DNA from: Candidatus Avispirillum sp.
GTDB taxonomy: Bacteria; Bacillota; Clostridia; Oscillospirales; CAG-272
Reading direction: 5' to 3'
DNA length: 37,169 bases
Assembly: GCA_051867715.1 (NCBI GenBank)
Contig: JBJDYY010000210.1
Span: 1-37,169, forward strand
Shown here: positions 18,205-26,230 of the stretch, one piece after another
How positions within the stretch are numbered: position 1 is the stretch's first letter
Layout of the letters: the number at the start of each line of letters is the position of its first letter
The notes under the pieces: generated by a model
The model's input: the letters and a program-made list of their open reading frames with translations, nothing else
What the model was told of the DNA's origin: nothing
Databases searched by the model: none
Program-made: the position numbers and the translations under genes

Positions 18205-18411
18205 ATGGTAAATATGCAGAAAAAAGCTGAAAAAAAGCAGACTGACTGCGAAAGTTGTATGTACTTTGATTATGACGAAATGCTTGACGAGGATATCTGT
18301 ACCCTTGATCTTGACGAGGACGAAATGATACGCTTTTTGGAGCATCCCTACAGCTCATGTCCTTACTATAAATTCTATGACGAATACAAGACCGTTCAGA
18401 AGCAGAATTAA
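18205..18411 (+). CDS. Small acidic Cys-rich protein (CxxC ... C ... C), possibly DUF6472-like
   Basis: 68 aa (or 65 aa from ATG 18214). Contains CESCMYFDYDE, ICTLDLDEDEM and SCPYYKF. It has its own promoter and terminator. The family name is from memory only. Confidence 0.55.
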   Translation: MVNMQKKAEKKQTDCESCMYFDYDEMLDEDICTLDLDEDEMIRFLEHPYSSCPYYKFYDEYKTVQKQN

Positions 18412-18419
18412 ATAAAAAA

Positions 18420-18438
18420 GGCGCCGCGTGAGGGCGCC
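18420..18438 (-). terminator. Intrinsic terminator serving the - strand uracil permease gene
   Basis: GGCGCC-GCGTGAG-GGCGCC. The T-run (TTTTTTATTT) follows it only when read on the - strand. Confidence 0.55.
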
Positions 18439-18454
18439 CGATTACTGCAGAAGA

Positions 18455-18480
18455 GGCTGCCCCGAGGGGCAGCCTTTTTG
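18455..18480 (+). terminator. Intrinsic terminator serving the + strand small Cys-rich gene
   Basis: GGCTGCCC-CGAG-GGGCAGCC followed by TTTTTG on the + strand. Confidence 0.7.
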
Positions 18481-18487
18481 AGGTATC

Positions 18488-19846
18488 TTATTTTGTTTCT
18501 TCTTTCTTTTTCTTCTCGGGAAGAATAAGGTTGGTCAGTATGCCGAGGATAAGTGCGCATGCAACCTCGGTGATGGTTACGGAACCGAACTTGAGCACAA
18601 GTCCGCCCACGCCTGCGATAAGGATAACGGACACGATGAACAGGTTTCTGTTTTCGCCCAAGTCAACATTCTGAAGCATCTTCAGACCGGATACAGCAAT
18701 GAAGCCGTACAGAGCTATGCAGACGCCGCCCATTACGCAGGAAGGAATAGTAGCAAGGAACGCTACGAAGGGAGCGAAGAAGGACGCGACGATAGCAAGT
18801 ATTGCAGTAGCGAAAATGGTGACTACGGAAGCGTTGCCGCTGATTGCAACACAGCCGATGGATTCACCGTAGGTGGTGTTGGGGCAGCCGCCGAAGAAAG
18901 CGCCTACCATGGAGCCTACGCCGTCACCGAGAAGAGTTCTGTGAAGACCGGGATCCTCAAGAAGGTCGGACTCGATGATAGAGGAAATGTTCTTATGGTC
19001 TGCAATGTGCTCAGCGAATACAACGAATGCAACGGGAACATATGCCGCAGCAATAGTACCGATATAGGAAGCGATGCTTCCGGCGTCGCCGAAGTCATAG
19101 CCGCCGCTGAAAGCGGTGATGAAGGTGAACTTGGGAACCCACTGCATATCGGCGAATGCGCTGAAATCTATAACCTTGAGGGCATCAATGCCTGCGGCGT
19201 TGCCGATAAGGGTGAATACGGTCGCTACTATGTAGCCGGAAACTATACCGATAATGAAGGGAATCATCTTCATCATCTTCTTGCCGAATACGGAGCAGAG
19301 CATGGTCACAGCCAGAGTAACAACAGCGCATGCAAGGCAAACACCTGCGTGAGCGTTCATAACAAATGCGCCGCCGTCCTTTGCAACGCCTACTGCGTCG
19401 CCGATTGCGTTTCCGGAAAGAGAAAGTCCAATGATTGCAACCGTAGGTCCGATAACAACTGCGGGCATAAGCTTGGAGATCCACTTAACGCCTGCGAACT
19501 TAACAATAAGAGCGATGATAACATACACAAGACCTGCCATAACGGCACCGATGATCATGCCGAGGTAGCCTGCGGAAGCGGACACACCGCCTGCGAAAGC
19601 TGCCGCCATGGAGCCCAGGAATGCGAAGGAGGAGCCCAGGAACACGGGGCTTCTGAACTTGGTAAAGAGCAGATAAACGAGAGTGCCCACGCCTGCGCCG
19701 AACAGAGCTGCGGACTGAGACATACCGTTGCCGATGATTGCGGGAACTGCAATGGTTGCGGCAAGAATTGCAAGGAGCTGCTGAATCGCAAATACGATCA
19801 CCTGACCGAATTTCGGCTTGTCCTTGACGCCGTAAACGAGTTTCAT
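18488..19846 (-). CDS. pyrP: Uracil/xanthine permease (NCS2 family)
   Basis: 452-aa polytopic protein with an NCS2-like segment CPNTTYGESIGCVAISG. It lies directly downstream of pyrR, the classical pyrR-pyrP arrangement. GGAGG lies upstream of ATG 19846. Confidence 0.82.
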   Translation of the reverse strand: MKLVYGVKDKPKFGQVIVFAIQQLLAILAATIAVPAIIGNGMSQSAALFGAGVGTLVYLLFTKFRSPVFLGSSFAFLGSMAAAFAGGVSASAGYLGMIIGAVMAGLVYVIIALIVKFAGVKWISKLMPAVVIGPTVAIIGLSLSGNAIGDAVGVAKDGGAFVMNAHAGVCLACAVVTLAVTMLCSVFGKKMMKMIPFIIGIVSGYIVATVFTLIGNAAGIDALKVIDFSAFADMQWVPKFTFITAFSGGYDFGDAGSIASYIGTIAAAYVPVAFVVFAEHIADHKNISSIIESDLLEDPGLHRTLLGDGVGSMVGAFFGGCPNTTYGESIGCVAISGNASVVTIFATAILAIVASFFAPFVAFLATIPSCVMGGVCIALYGFIAVSGLKMLQNVDLGENRNLFIVSVILIAGVGGLVLKFGSVTITEVACALILGILTNLILPEKKKKEETK

Positions 19847-19909
19847 AAGAATACCTCCGAAAATTTGTTTTATTAAAGCGGACTTTCCGCATTTAACCTG
19901 AGTTTCGGT

Positions 19910-20446
19910 TTATCTGTCGCCCAGAAGCACGCGGTTTTCACCGTCGTACTCAGCAACCTCCACGCATATTATCTCACCGTGAGAGGTAGGCACGTTTTTG
20001 CCCACATAGTCGGGCTTCAGCGGCAGCTCTCTGTGCCCGCGGTCAATAAGCACCGCAAGCTGTATTGCCTTCGGTCTTCCCTGCGCAAATACCGCTTCAA
20101 TCGCCGCCCTGACCGTTCTGCCCGTGTAGATTACATCGTCAACAAGAATGACCGTCTTGTTTTTCACATCCTCCGGAAAGCTTGTGTCGGAGGAAGACGG
20201 AAGCGGGGAAATCTCGCTGAGGTCGTCTCTGTAAAGCGAAATATCCACATATCCCACAGGCACCCGAACGCCCTCGAATTTTTCAATGTTTTTTGCCAAG
20301 GTATCCGCCAGCGGCACGCCTCTGCGGCGTATACCCACCAGCATAATGCCGTCGCACCCGCGGTTCTTTTCGATTATTTCGTGAGTGATACGGGCGAGAG
20401 AGCGCATCATTGCAGACTCGTCCATAATCTGAGCCTTTATTACCAT
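19910..20446 (-). CDS. pyrR: Bifunctional pyrimidine operon regulator / uracil phosphoribosyltransferase PyrR
   Basis: 178 aa from ATG 20446, with GGGAGGGGAG upstream. PRTase motif [13 protein letters not shown] and N-terminal [21 protein letters not shown]. Confidence 0.9.
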   Translation of the reverse strand: MVIKAQIMDESAMMRSLARITHEIIEKNRGCDGIMLVGIRRRGVPLADTLAKNIEKFEGVRVPVGYVDISLYRDDLSEISPLPSSSDTSFPEDVKNKTVILVDDVIYTGRTVRAAIEAVFAQGRPKAIQLAVLIDRGHRELPLKPDYVGKNVPTSHGEIICVEVAEYDGENRVLLGDR

Positions 20447-20461
20447 TTGCTCCCCTCCCGA

Positions 20462-20570
20462 CAAAAAAAGTCTTGCCGCGCGGCAAGACTGTACACACAA
20501 AAATATAAACGCTGCCTCGGCAGCCATGTGTCGATCTTACCGGCTTCTCTGAACCGCTTAAAAATTCAAC
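20462..20570 (-). promoter_or_regulatory. PyrR-binding transcription attenuator leader
   Basis: The - strand leader contains GGUUCAGAGAAGCC (+ strand 20542-20554), which resembles the PyrR binding loop UCCAGAGAGGC. It also has the hairpin GCUGCC-GA-GGCAGC and a perfect terminator AGUCUUGCCG-CG-CGGCAAGACU plus U7 (20462-20490) just before the pyrR SD. Confidence 0.65.
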
Positions 20571-20576
20571 TGCTTT

Positions 20577-20605
20577 ACTATAACATATATTTTCGGTTTT
20601 GTAAA
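20577..20605 (-). promoter_or_regulatory. Sigma-70-type promoter of the pyrR-pyrP operon
   Basis: On the - strand: TTTACA (20605-20600), a 17-nt spacer, TATAGT (20582-20577). Confidence 0.5.
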
Positions 20606-20647
20606 TAGTTTTTTAACAATTTTCCCTTATATTTTACAAAAAATTAC

Positions 20648-20677
20648 GCGGCGCCCTTTTTTCAAAAAGGGCGCCGC
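20648..20677. terminator. Bidirectional intrinsic terminator downstream of the mtlD-like gene
   Basis: GCGGCGCCCTTTTT-TC-AAAAAGGGCGCCGC: perfect 14-nt arms whose T/A runs form part of the stem. Confidence 0.75.
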
Positions 20678-20688
20678 TTCTGTATTTT

Positions 20689-21885
20689 TCAGACTATCAT
20701 TCCAAGTTTTTCGTGCAGCTTTTCGTCTGCCGCTTTGAGTATATCGGAAAGGGACTCGCCGCTCTTGAAATGCTCATACATTTCAAGGGTGCATACGGTT
20801 ACGGGGTCATTCTTTTCAAGCCCCGTAAGACCTGTAAGCACCTCTGCCGCGTCAGACGCTTCGAGAGAGTTCTGCCTGATATAGCAGTGAAGCGCCGCCG
20901 CGCTGCCTGTGCAGATATACACGGGGAAGCTGCCCGCATCTATTACATTTTTCGCGGCTCCCGTCAGCCTGTCGCTGTTTGCAAGCTTGCGGGGTATATC
21001 TCCGCCCACACGGGCACAGGTATCTCCCAAAGCGCGGTTTCCGAAGCGGCGGATAAGGTCGCAGGCGTGGTTCAGAAGCGGCTTTACGGGGGTAGAATAC
21101 TTAGTCGCCAGCGCCTCGCAGGACTCAAGCATGGCGTTATGCACCAGAAGCCGTACCGTGGGATCGGCTATGCTGTCGCATATGTATTCCAGTCCCAGAA
21201 TATCGCCGAGATACGCGCATATGGCGTGACCCATATTGTGAATGAACAGCTTGCGTTCAATGTAATAGTGGAAAGGAGAAAAAGGCACCATATTTTTGAT
21301 TTCCGGCACCTCGCCCTTAAAGGCGGCGCGGTCTACAGGAAGCACTCCGTACTCCTCAACTGCGATTTTCAGAGGATTTTCGCCCACACCCGGCGCCTTC
21401 GGCACGGGCACCATTCTGCCCACCGAGGTCTCCACAAGCCCTATCTGCTCCATTTCCTCTGCCGTCAGCACGGGAGCCAGCAGCTCGTCTCTGATATATT
21501 TATCCGCGTCCATCAGGTTTTCGCAGATAAGCAGATTAAGAGGAGCTTTCCCTTCGGCGTATCTTGCCTTGATACCCGCGGACAGGTCGGGGATTATATA
21601 CTTTATGGCCTTTGCTCCCACGCAGGTAGCGGCTATATCCGCCTCAACAATAGCGGCGACCGCCGCTTCCCTGTCGTTGCCGTCGACGGCGCTGACCTTA
21701 TCCACCGTCAGCACCTGCTCCTTTTCACCGCCCACAATGTGGAGAGGATAGCAATGATCCGCATTGAGCCTTGCCACTACGGGCGCCGCCACATCGATAA
21801 AGGTCACTTCAAGTCCCGCCTGAGAAAACAGCGCTCCTATAAAGCCTCTGCCTATGTTGCCGGCGCCGAAAATTACCGCTTTCAT
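20689..21885 (-). CDS. mtlD: Mannitol-1-phosphate 5-dehydrogenase-like (mannitol dehydrogenase family)
   Basis: 398 aa. N-terminal MKAVIFGAGNIGRGFIG Rossmann motif, plus ICENL, VETSVGRMVP, ERKLFIHNMGHA and DTCARVGGDIPRKL. These track E. coli MtlD as I remember it. No mannitol PTS genes are nearby. Confidence 0.78.
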   Translation of the reverse strand: MKAVIFGAGNIGRGFIGALFSQAGLEVTFIDVAAPVVARLNADHCYPLHIVGGEKEQVLTVDKVSAVDGNDREAAVAAIVEADIAATCVGAKAIKYIIPDLSAGIKARYAEGKAPLNLLICENLMDADKYIRDELLAPVLTAEEMEQIGLVETSVGRMVPVPKAPGVGENPLKIAVEEYGVLPVDRAAFKGEVPEIKNMVPFSPFHYYIERKLFIHNMGHAICAYLGDILGLEYICDSIADPTVRLLVHNAMLESCEALATKYSTPVKPLLNHACDLIRRFGNRALGDTCARVGGDIPRKLANSDRLTGAAKNVIDAGSFPVYICTGSAAALHCYIRQNSLEASDAAEVLTGLTGLEKNDPVTVCTLEMYEHFKSGESLSDILKAADEKLHEKLGMIV

Positions 21886-21941
21886 TTTTAGTACCTCGCT
21901 TTTATGTATATATTTTTATTTACCGGTTAGTCAGCAGCCGC

Positions 21942-23660
21942 TCAGTCGATACGGAACTGCTGTGAATACAGGTTTGCGTATATGCCGCCCTTTTCCATAA
22001 GCTGTGCGTGAGTACCGAGCTCCGCCACACGCCCGTCGTCAATTACAGCAATCTCGTCGGCGTTCTTAATGGTAGACAGCCTGTGCGCCACCACCACGGT
22101 GGTTCTGCCGCGGCACAGCTCGTCAAGGGCGGACTGTATGAGAATTTCCGTGGCGTTGTCAAGGGCGCTGGTAGCCTCGTCCAGAATAAGTATAGACGGA
22201 TTTTTCAAAAACACTCTCGCTATTGACAGTCTTTGCTTCTGTCCGCCGGAAAGGCGCACTCCGCGCTCGCCGATAACGGTGTCATATCCCTTGTCAAGAC
22301 TCATTATATAGTCATGGATATTTGCCCGTTTTGCAGCCTCTATGACCTCTTCCTCGGTAGCGTCGGGTCTGCCGTACAGTATGTTATCCCTGACGGAAGC
22401 GTTGAATAAGTATACATCCTGCTGAACGATTCCGATATTGCTGCGCAAAGAGCGTCGGGTAATGCTGTTTATGTCTCTGCCGTCAATAAGTATCTGTCCG
22501 GCATTAGGTTCGTAAAAATGGGGGATAAGGTGGCAAATAGTGGTTTTGCCCCCTCCGCTTGCCCCCACAAGGGCAAAGGTCTTTCCCGCGGGTATATCCA
22601 AATCTACGGAGTGAAGTATATCACGGGAGCCGTCGTAGTCGCAGGAAACACCCCGAAACTCAATATGCCCCCGGGCTTTTCCCATGTCCTGCGCGCCCTC
22701 GGCGTCATGCTCCGGCTCGGCGTCCATAACCTCAAGAAAACGCTGAAATCCCGTAACGCCGTCCTGATACTGCTCCATAAAGCCGATAAGAGTGGTAATG
22801 GGAGTCAGAAACATATTTACGGACACTATAAAAGCTGAATAGTCAGCCACATTTATTTTTCCCGCGTACAGGAAAAATCCGCCTGCTATCAGCACCACAA
22901 CATTAAAAACATTGGTAACAAAAGAGGTAGAGGAATGAAATTTTCCCATGGAGTCGTAAGCGTCGCGCCGCGCCTCCACAAACTCGCTGTTCCCTTCCTC
23001 GAATTTTCTGCGCTCCGTTTGGTCGTTGGTAAACGCCTTTGTGACCCTGATACCGGAAATACTGCTTTCAAGGGACGCGTTTATAACAGCGGTAGCCTCA
23101 CGGCTTCTTTTGAAAGCGCTTCTCATTTTTGTTCTGAGCGCCAGTGAAATCACAAACAGCACGGGCACGCAGGCAAATATAATAAGCGTAAGCCGCCATT
23201 CAACGGTGGCAAGATATACGAAAGCGACTATTACGGAAATCGTTGAGATTATAAGGTTTTCCGGTCCGTGGTGGGCAAGCTCGCTGATATTAAACAGATC
23301 GTTGGTCATACGGGACATTATCTTGCCCGTTTCGTGATTGTCGAAAAAGCTGTACGGCAGGCTTTGCAGTCTGTCAAACATATCGCTTCTCATCTGCGCC
23401 TGCATTTTCACGCCCATCATATGCCCCTGATACTGGATAAAATAATCCAGCAGCATCCGAACTGCATACAGAAGCAGCAGGGCGACTCCCAGCAGTGCAA
23501 TCAGCCTGAAATTCCGCGCTCCGGAGGTAAACTCACCTATCATGGTGCGCGTTACCACCGGGTAAAACACGCCTATGAGAGACACCGTCAGAGAGGCAAG
23601 CATATCAAGTATAAAAATTCTTTTATGCGGCTTGTAATATTCCAAAAACCGTTTCAGCAT
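21942..23660 (-). CDS. ABC exporter, fused permease/ATPase (MsbA/multidrug type)
   Basis: 572 aa. Six-helix N-terminal TMD, Walker A GASGGGKTT, signature LSGGQKQR, Walker B ILILDEATSALD and an H-loop VAHRL. Confidence 0.9.
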   Translation of the reverse strand: MLKRFLEYYKPHKRIFILDMLASLTVSLIGVFYPVVTRTMIGEFTSGARNFRLIALLGVALLLLYAVRMLLDYFIQYQGHMMGVKMQAQMRSDMFDRLQSLPYSFFDNHETGKIMSRMTNDLFNISELAHHGPENLIISTISVIVAFVYLATVEWRLTLIIFACVPVLFVISLALRTKMRSAFKRSREATAVINASLESSISGIRVTKAFTNDQTERRKFEEGNSEFVEARRDAYDSMGKFHSSTSFVTNVFNVVVLIAGGFFLYAGKINVADYSAFIVSVNMFLTPITTLIGFMEQYQDGVTGFQRFLEVMDAEPEHDAEGAQDMGKARGHIEFRGVSCDYDGSRDILHSVDLDIPAGKTFALVGASGGGKTTICHLIPHFYEPNAGQILIDGRDINSITRRSLRSNIGIVQQDVYLFNASVRDNILYGRPDATEEEVIEAAKRANIHDYIMSLDKGYDTVIGERGVRLSGGQKQRLSIARVFLKNPSILILDEATSALDNATEILIQSALDELCRGRTTVVVAHRLSTIKNADEIAVIDDGRVAELGTHAQLMEKGGIYANLYSQQFRID

Positions 23661-23822
23661 ACTCTCACCTCTGTTACTTTTGTTTATTGCCGCGCTTTTT
23701 CGGGCGTACAGGTGTATTATACTACTTTTTTACAAAAACCGCAACGGTTTATTGAAAATGTATCTTATTTACCGCCCTTTTCATATAATAAACTAAAACC
23801 GTCCGAGAAAGGGTAAATACAA

Positions 23823-25100
23823 ATGATAATCTACACCGTCCGCCCGGGAGACACACTTGACTCAGTTGCAAGGCAGTATTCACTGTCCCCTGCGCTTATC
23901 GCCGCCGACAACGGCATAATATCCCCTCTTGTTGAGGGTCAGTCACTGGTGCTGCGCCAGCCCGCCCTGACTTACACCGTAGAAGCGGGAGATACTCTGT
24001 CCTCCGTCGCCGCAAGCTTCGGAACAACTGAAAATGTCCTGTGGCAGAACAACCCTCTGCTTGGCGGCAGGGACGCCGTATACCCCGGACAGACTCTCGT
24101 TATTTCCTACGGTCCTCCCACCCTCGGCACAAATATTTCGCTGAACGGCTACGCCTACACCTACATAAGCGAAGATACCCTGCGTCGCACTCTGCCCTAC
24201 CTTACGTATTTGTCCGTATTCTCCTACGGGCTTAACCCCGACGGTACCCTTGTGCCACCGCGCCAGGATGACGGGCGGCTCATTGCTCTCGCCCGTCAGT
24301 ACGGCGCCGTTCCCATTATGATGCTTACCTCCATCACGGCGCAGGGTACTTTTTCAAACGAGCTTATCAACACCGTGCTTCAAAGCGAGGCGCTTACCGA
24401 CTCCGTTATCACCGCCGCCGCAAACACCGTGCGGGAAAAAGGCTACGGCGGTATTGAGACGGATTTTGAATATATTTCAGCGGAAAACGCCCAGGCGTAC
24501 ATTGATTTTGTCAGCGCACTGAAAACGGAGCTGGGTCCCGGATATACTGTCTTTACGGACCTTGCGCCTAAAACCTCCGCCGCCATGCCGGGGCTTCTGT
24601 ACGAGGCGCATAACTACCCGGCGCTGGGAGAAGCGGCCGATTTTCTCTTTCTGATGACATATGAGTGGGGGTACAGCTACGGCCCGCCTATGGCGGTGTC
24701 TCCCATAAACAACGTGCGGCGGGTGCTTGACTATGCGGTGTCGGAAATCCCCCGTGAAAAGCTGTTTATGGGACTTCCCTCCTACGGCTACGACTGGCCT
24801 CTGCCATATGAGCGGGGAGTGACGGCGGCGCAGTCTCTGTCATCACGGGAGGCAATTGAGCTTGCGGCGTATCAGGGGGTGCCTATTCAGTTTGACACGG
24901 AGGCAATGGCGCCTTACTTCAACTATACCGAAGACGGAATAGAACATATCGTCTGGTTTCAGGACGCAAGAAGCACGGAGGCTCTTGCCTCCCTTGCGGA
25001 CGAATACTCCCTCGGCGGCATAGGAGTATGGAACATTATGCGCCCGTTTCAGTCTATGTGGTCGGTAATAAGCGGTCTTTACGGTATCAATAAGCTTTGA
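23823..25100 (+). CDS. LysM-LysM-GH18 glycoside hydrolase (YaaH/SleL-like spore peptidoglycan hydrolase type)
   Basis: 425 aa. Two N-terminal LysM repeats (YTVRPGDTLDSVARQY, YTVEAGDTLSSVAASF) followed by a GH18 barrel with the catalytic-region motif YGGIETDFEYI. Confidence 0.82.
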   Translation: MIIYTVRPGDTLDSVARQYSLSPALIAADNGIISPLVEGQSLVLRQPALTYTVEAGDTLSSVAASFGTTENVLWQNNPLLGGRDAVYPGQTLVISYGPPTLGTNISLNGYAYTYISEDTLRRTLPYLTYLSVFSYGLNPDGTLVPPRQDDGRLIALARQYGAVPIMMLTSITAQGTFSNELINTVLQSEALTDSVITAAANTVREKGYGGIETDFEYISAENAQAYIDFVSALKTELGPGYTVFTDLAPKTSAAMPGLLYEAHNYPALGEAADFLFLMTYEWGYSYGPPMAVSPINNVRRVLDYAVSEIPREKLFMGLPSYGYDWPLPYERGVTAAQSLSSREAIELAAYQGVPIQFDTEAMAPYFNYTEDGIEHIVWFQDARSTEALASLADEYSLGGIGVWNIMRPFQSMWSVISGLYGINKL

Positions 25101-25121
25101 CATTCTTGAAACGGCGGCAGT

Positions 25122-25147
25122 GCGGCGGGAAGTTCCCGCCGCTTTTT
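25122..25147 (+). terminator. Intrinsic terminator of the GH18 gene
   Basis: GCGGCGGGAA-G-TTCCCGCCGC followed by TTTTT. Confidence 0.75.
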
Positions 25148-25249
25148 CCGTTTTTCTCCCGCGCTCACTGATTTAAGTTTGCCTAAATGTACCTGCAGGC
25201 GACAAAAATCACCTATTTCAGATTATTTTATATTTTTTTCGAATACCTC

Positions 25250-25281
25250 TTGACAAATAATACTATGTGTAGTATAGTATT
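25250..25281 (+). promoter_or_regulatory. Promoter of the PadR operon with an embedded inverted repeat (candidate PadR operator)
   Basis: TTGACA (25250-25255), a 17-nt spacer, TATAGT (25273-25278). The inverted repeat ATACTA-TGTG-TAGTAT (25260-25275) plus an extra AGTATT lies inside the spacer and -10. Confidence 0.5.
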
Positions 25282-25300
25282 GCGCGTAAGGAGGTATTTT

Positions 25301-25621
25301 ATGGATGTTCAACTGAAACGCGGACTATTGGACATATGCGTTCTCGCCGCGATCAAAAACGAGGATTCCTACGGATACAAGATAATAAAAGATATAAAAC
25401 CGTATGTGGAAATATCCGAGTCTACTCTGTATCCCATACTCAGGCGCCTTGAAGCGGCGGAGCTTCTGACGGTAAACTCTTCCGAGCATAACGGCAGGCT
25501 GAGAAAATATTATCACATTACTCCCGCAGGACTTGAGCGTATCGCTGCATTTACTGAGGAATGGAAGGAAATAATGTCCATATACAAATTTGTAACGAGA
25601 GGAGAGGACACAAATGAATAA
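25301..25621 (+). CDS. PadR-family winged-helix transcriptional regulator
   Basis: 106 aa from ATG 25301, with AAGGAGG upstream. Motifs LDICVLAAIKNEDSYGYKIIKDI, STLYPILRRLEAAELL and YYHITPAGLE. Confidence 0.85.
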   Translation: MDVQLKRGLLDICVLAAIKNEDSYGYKIIKDIKPYVEISESTLYPILRRLEAAELLTVNSSEHNGRLRKYYHITPAGLERIAAFTEEWKEIMSIYKFVTRGEDTNE

Positions 25622-26201
25622 ATGCGAATTTCTCGGCGAACTTGAAAAAAGTCTGTCGGAGCTGCCCGAAAAGGACAGAAGCCGTTCACTTGACTACTAC
25701 GGAGAGATGATAGACGACCGCACGGAGGAGGGACTCAGCGAGGAAGAAGCCGTGCAGGCGCTGGGCAGTATGGAGGATATTACGGCTCAGATACTTATGG
25801 ACACGCCCCTGCCCTCTCTTGTCAGGGCAAAAGTCAAAAAGCGGCGCGCACTGAAAGCATGGGAGACGGTGCTTCTCGTGCTGGGCTCCCCCGTCTGGCT
25901 GCCGCTGCTGATTGCCTCCGTCGCCGTTGTGCTGTCGCTGTACGCGGTGCTGTGGGTGCTTGTGGCGGTGCTGTATATTGTGGCATTTGCCTTTGCCGTA
26001 AGCGCCGCAGCCTGCCTTGTTGCTGCCTTCGCATATCTGTTTTCGGGGACACCTGCCGCAGCCGCCCTTTCCCTCGGAGCGGCAATGCTGTGCGCGGGAC
26101 TTGCAATTCTCACAGGGATTGCTTCGGTGCAGTCGACGAAAGGCGTGATTGCCATGACCAAAAAGCTCATACGGAAAATCAAATCCGGCTTTGTAAAATA
26201 A
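25614..26201 (+). CDS. DUF1700-type PadR-associated membrane protein
   Basis: 195 aa. Its start overlaps the PadR stop by 8 nt (ATGAATAA). It has an N-terminal soluble helix bundle (FLGELEKSLSELPEKDRSRSLDYYGEMIDD) and hydrophobic C-terminal helices. Confidence 0.7.
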   Translation: MNKCEFLGELEKSLSELPEKDRSRSLDYYGEMIDDRTEEGLSEEEAVQALGSMEDITAQILMDTPLPSLVRAKVKKRRALKAWETVLLVLGSPVWLPLLIASVAVVLSLYAVLWVLVAVLYIVAFAFAVSAAACLVAAFAYLFSGTPAAAALSLGAAMLCAGLAILTGIASVQSTKGVIAMTKKLIRKIKSGFVK

Positions 26202-26230
26202 GCTTTGCAGAATAAGAAAGGAAGAAATCA

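Noticed and set aside
19847-19909. Second PyrR attenuator between pyrR and the permease gene
   Set aside because: The spacer is only 63 nt. It has a weak 5-bp hairpin (GCGGA-AAG-UCCGC) and no UCCAGAGAGG-like loop, which is insufficient for a binding loop plus terminator.
23700-23822. Sporulation-type (sigma-E/sigma-K) promoter upstream of the YaaH-like GH18 gene
   Set aside because: CATATAAT (23782-23789) resembles the CATACA.T / CATA...TA -10 elements. The best -35 candidates (GTATCTT) have the wrong spacing, so this cannot be supported from sequence alone.
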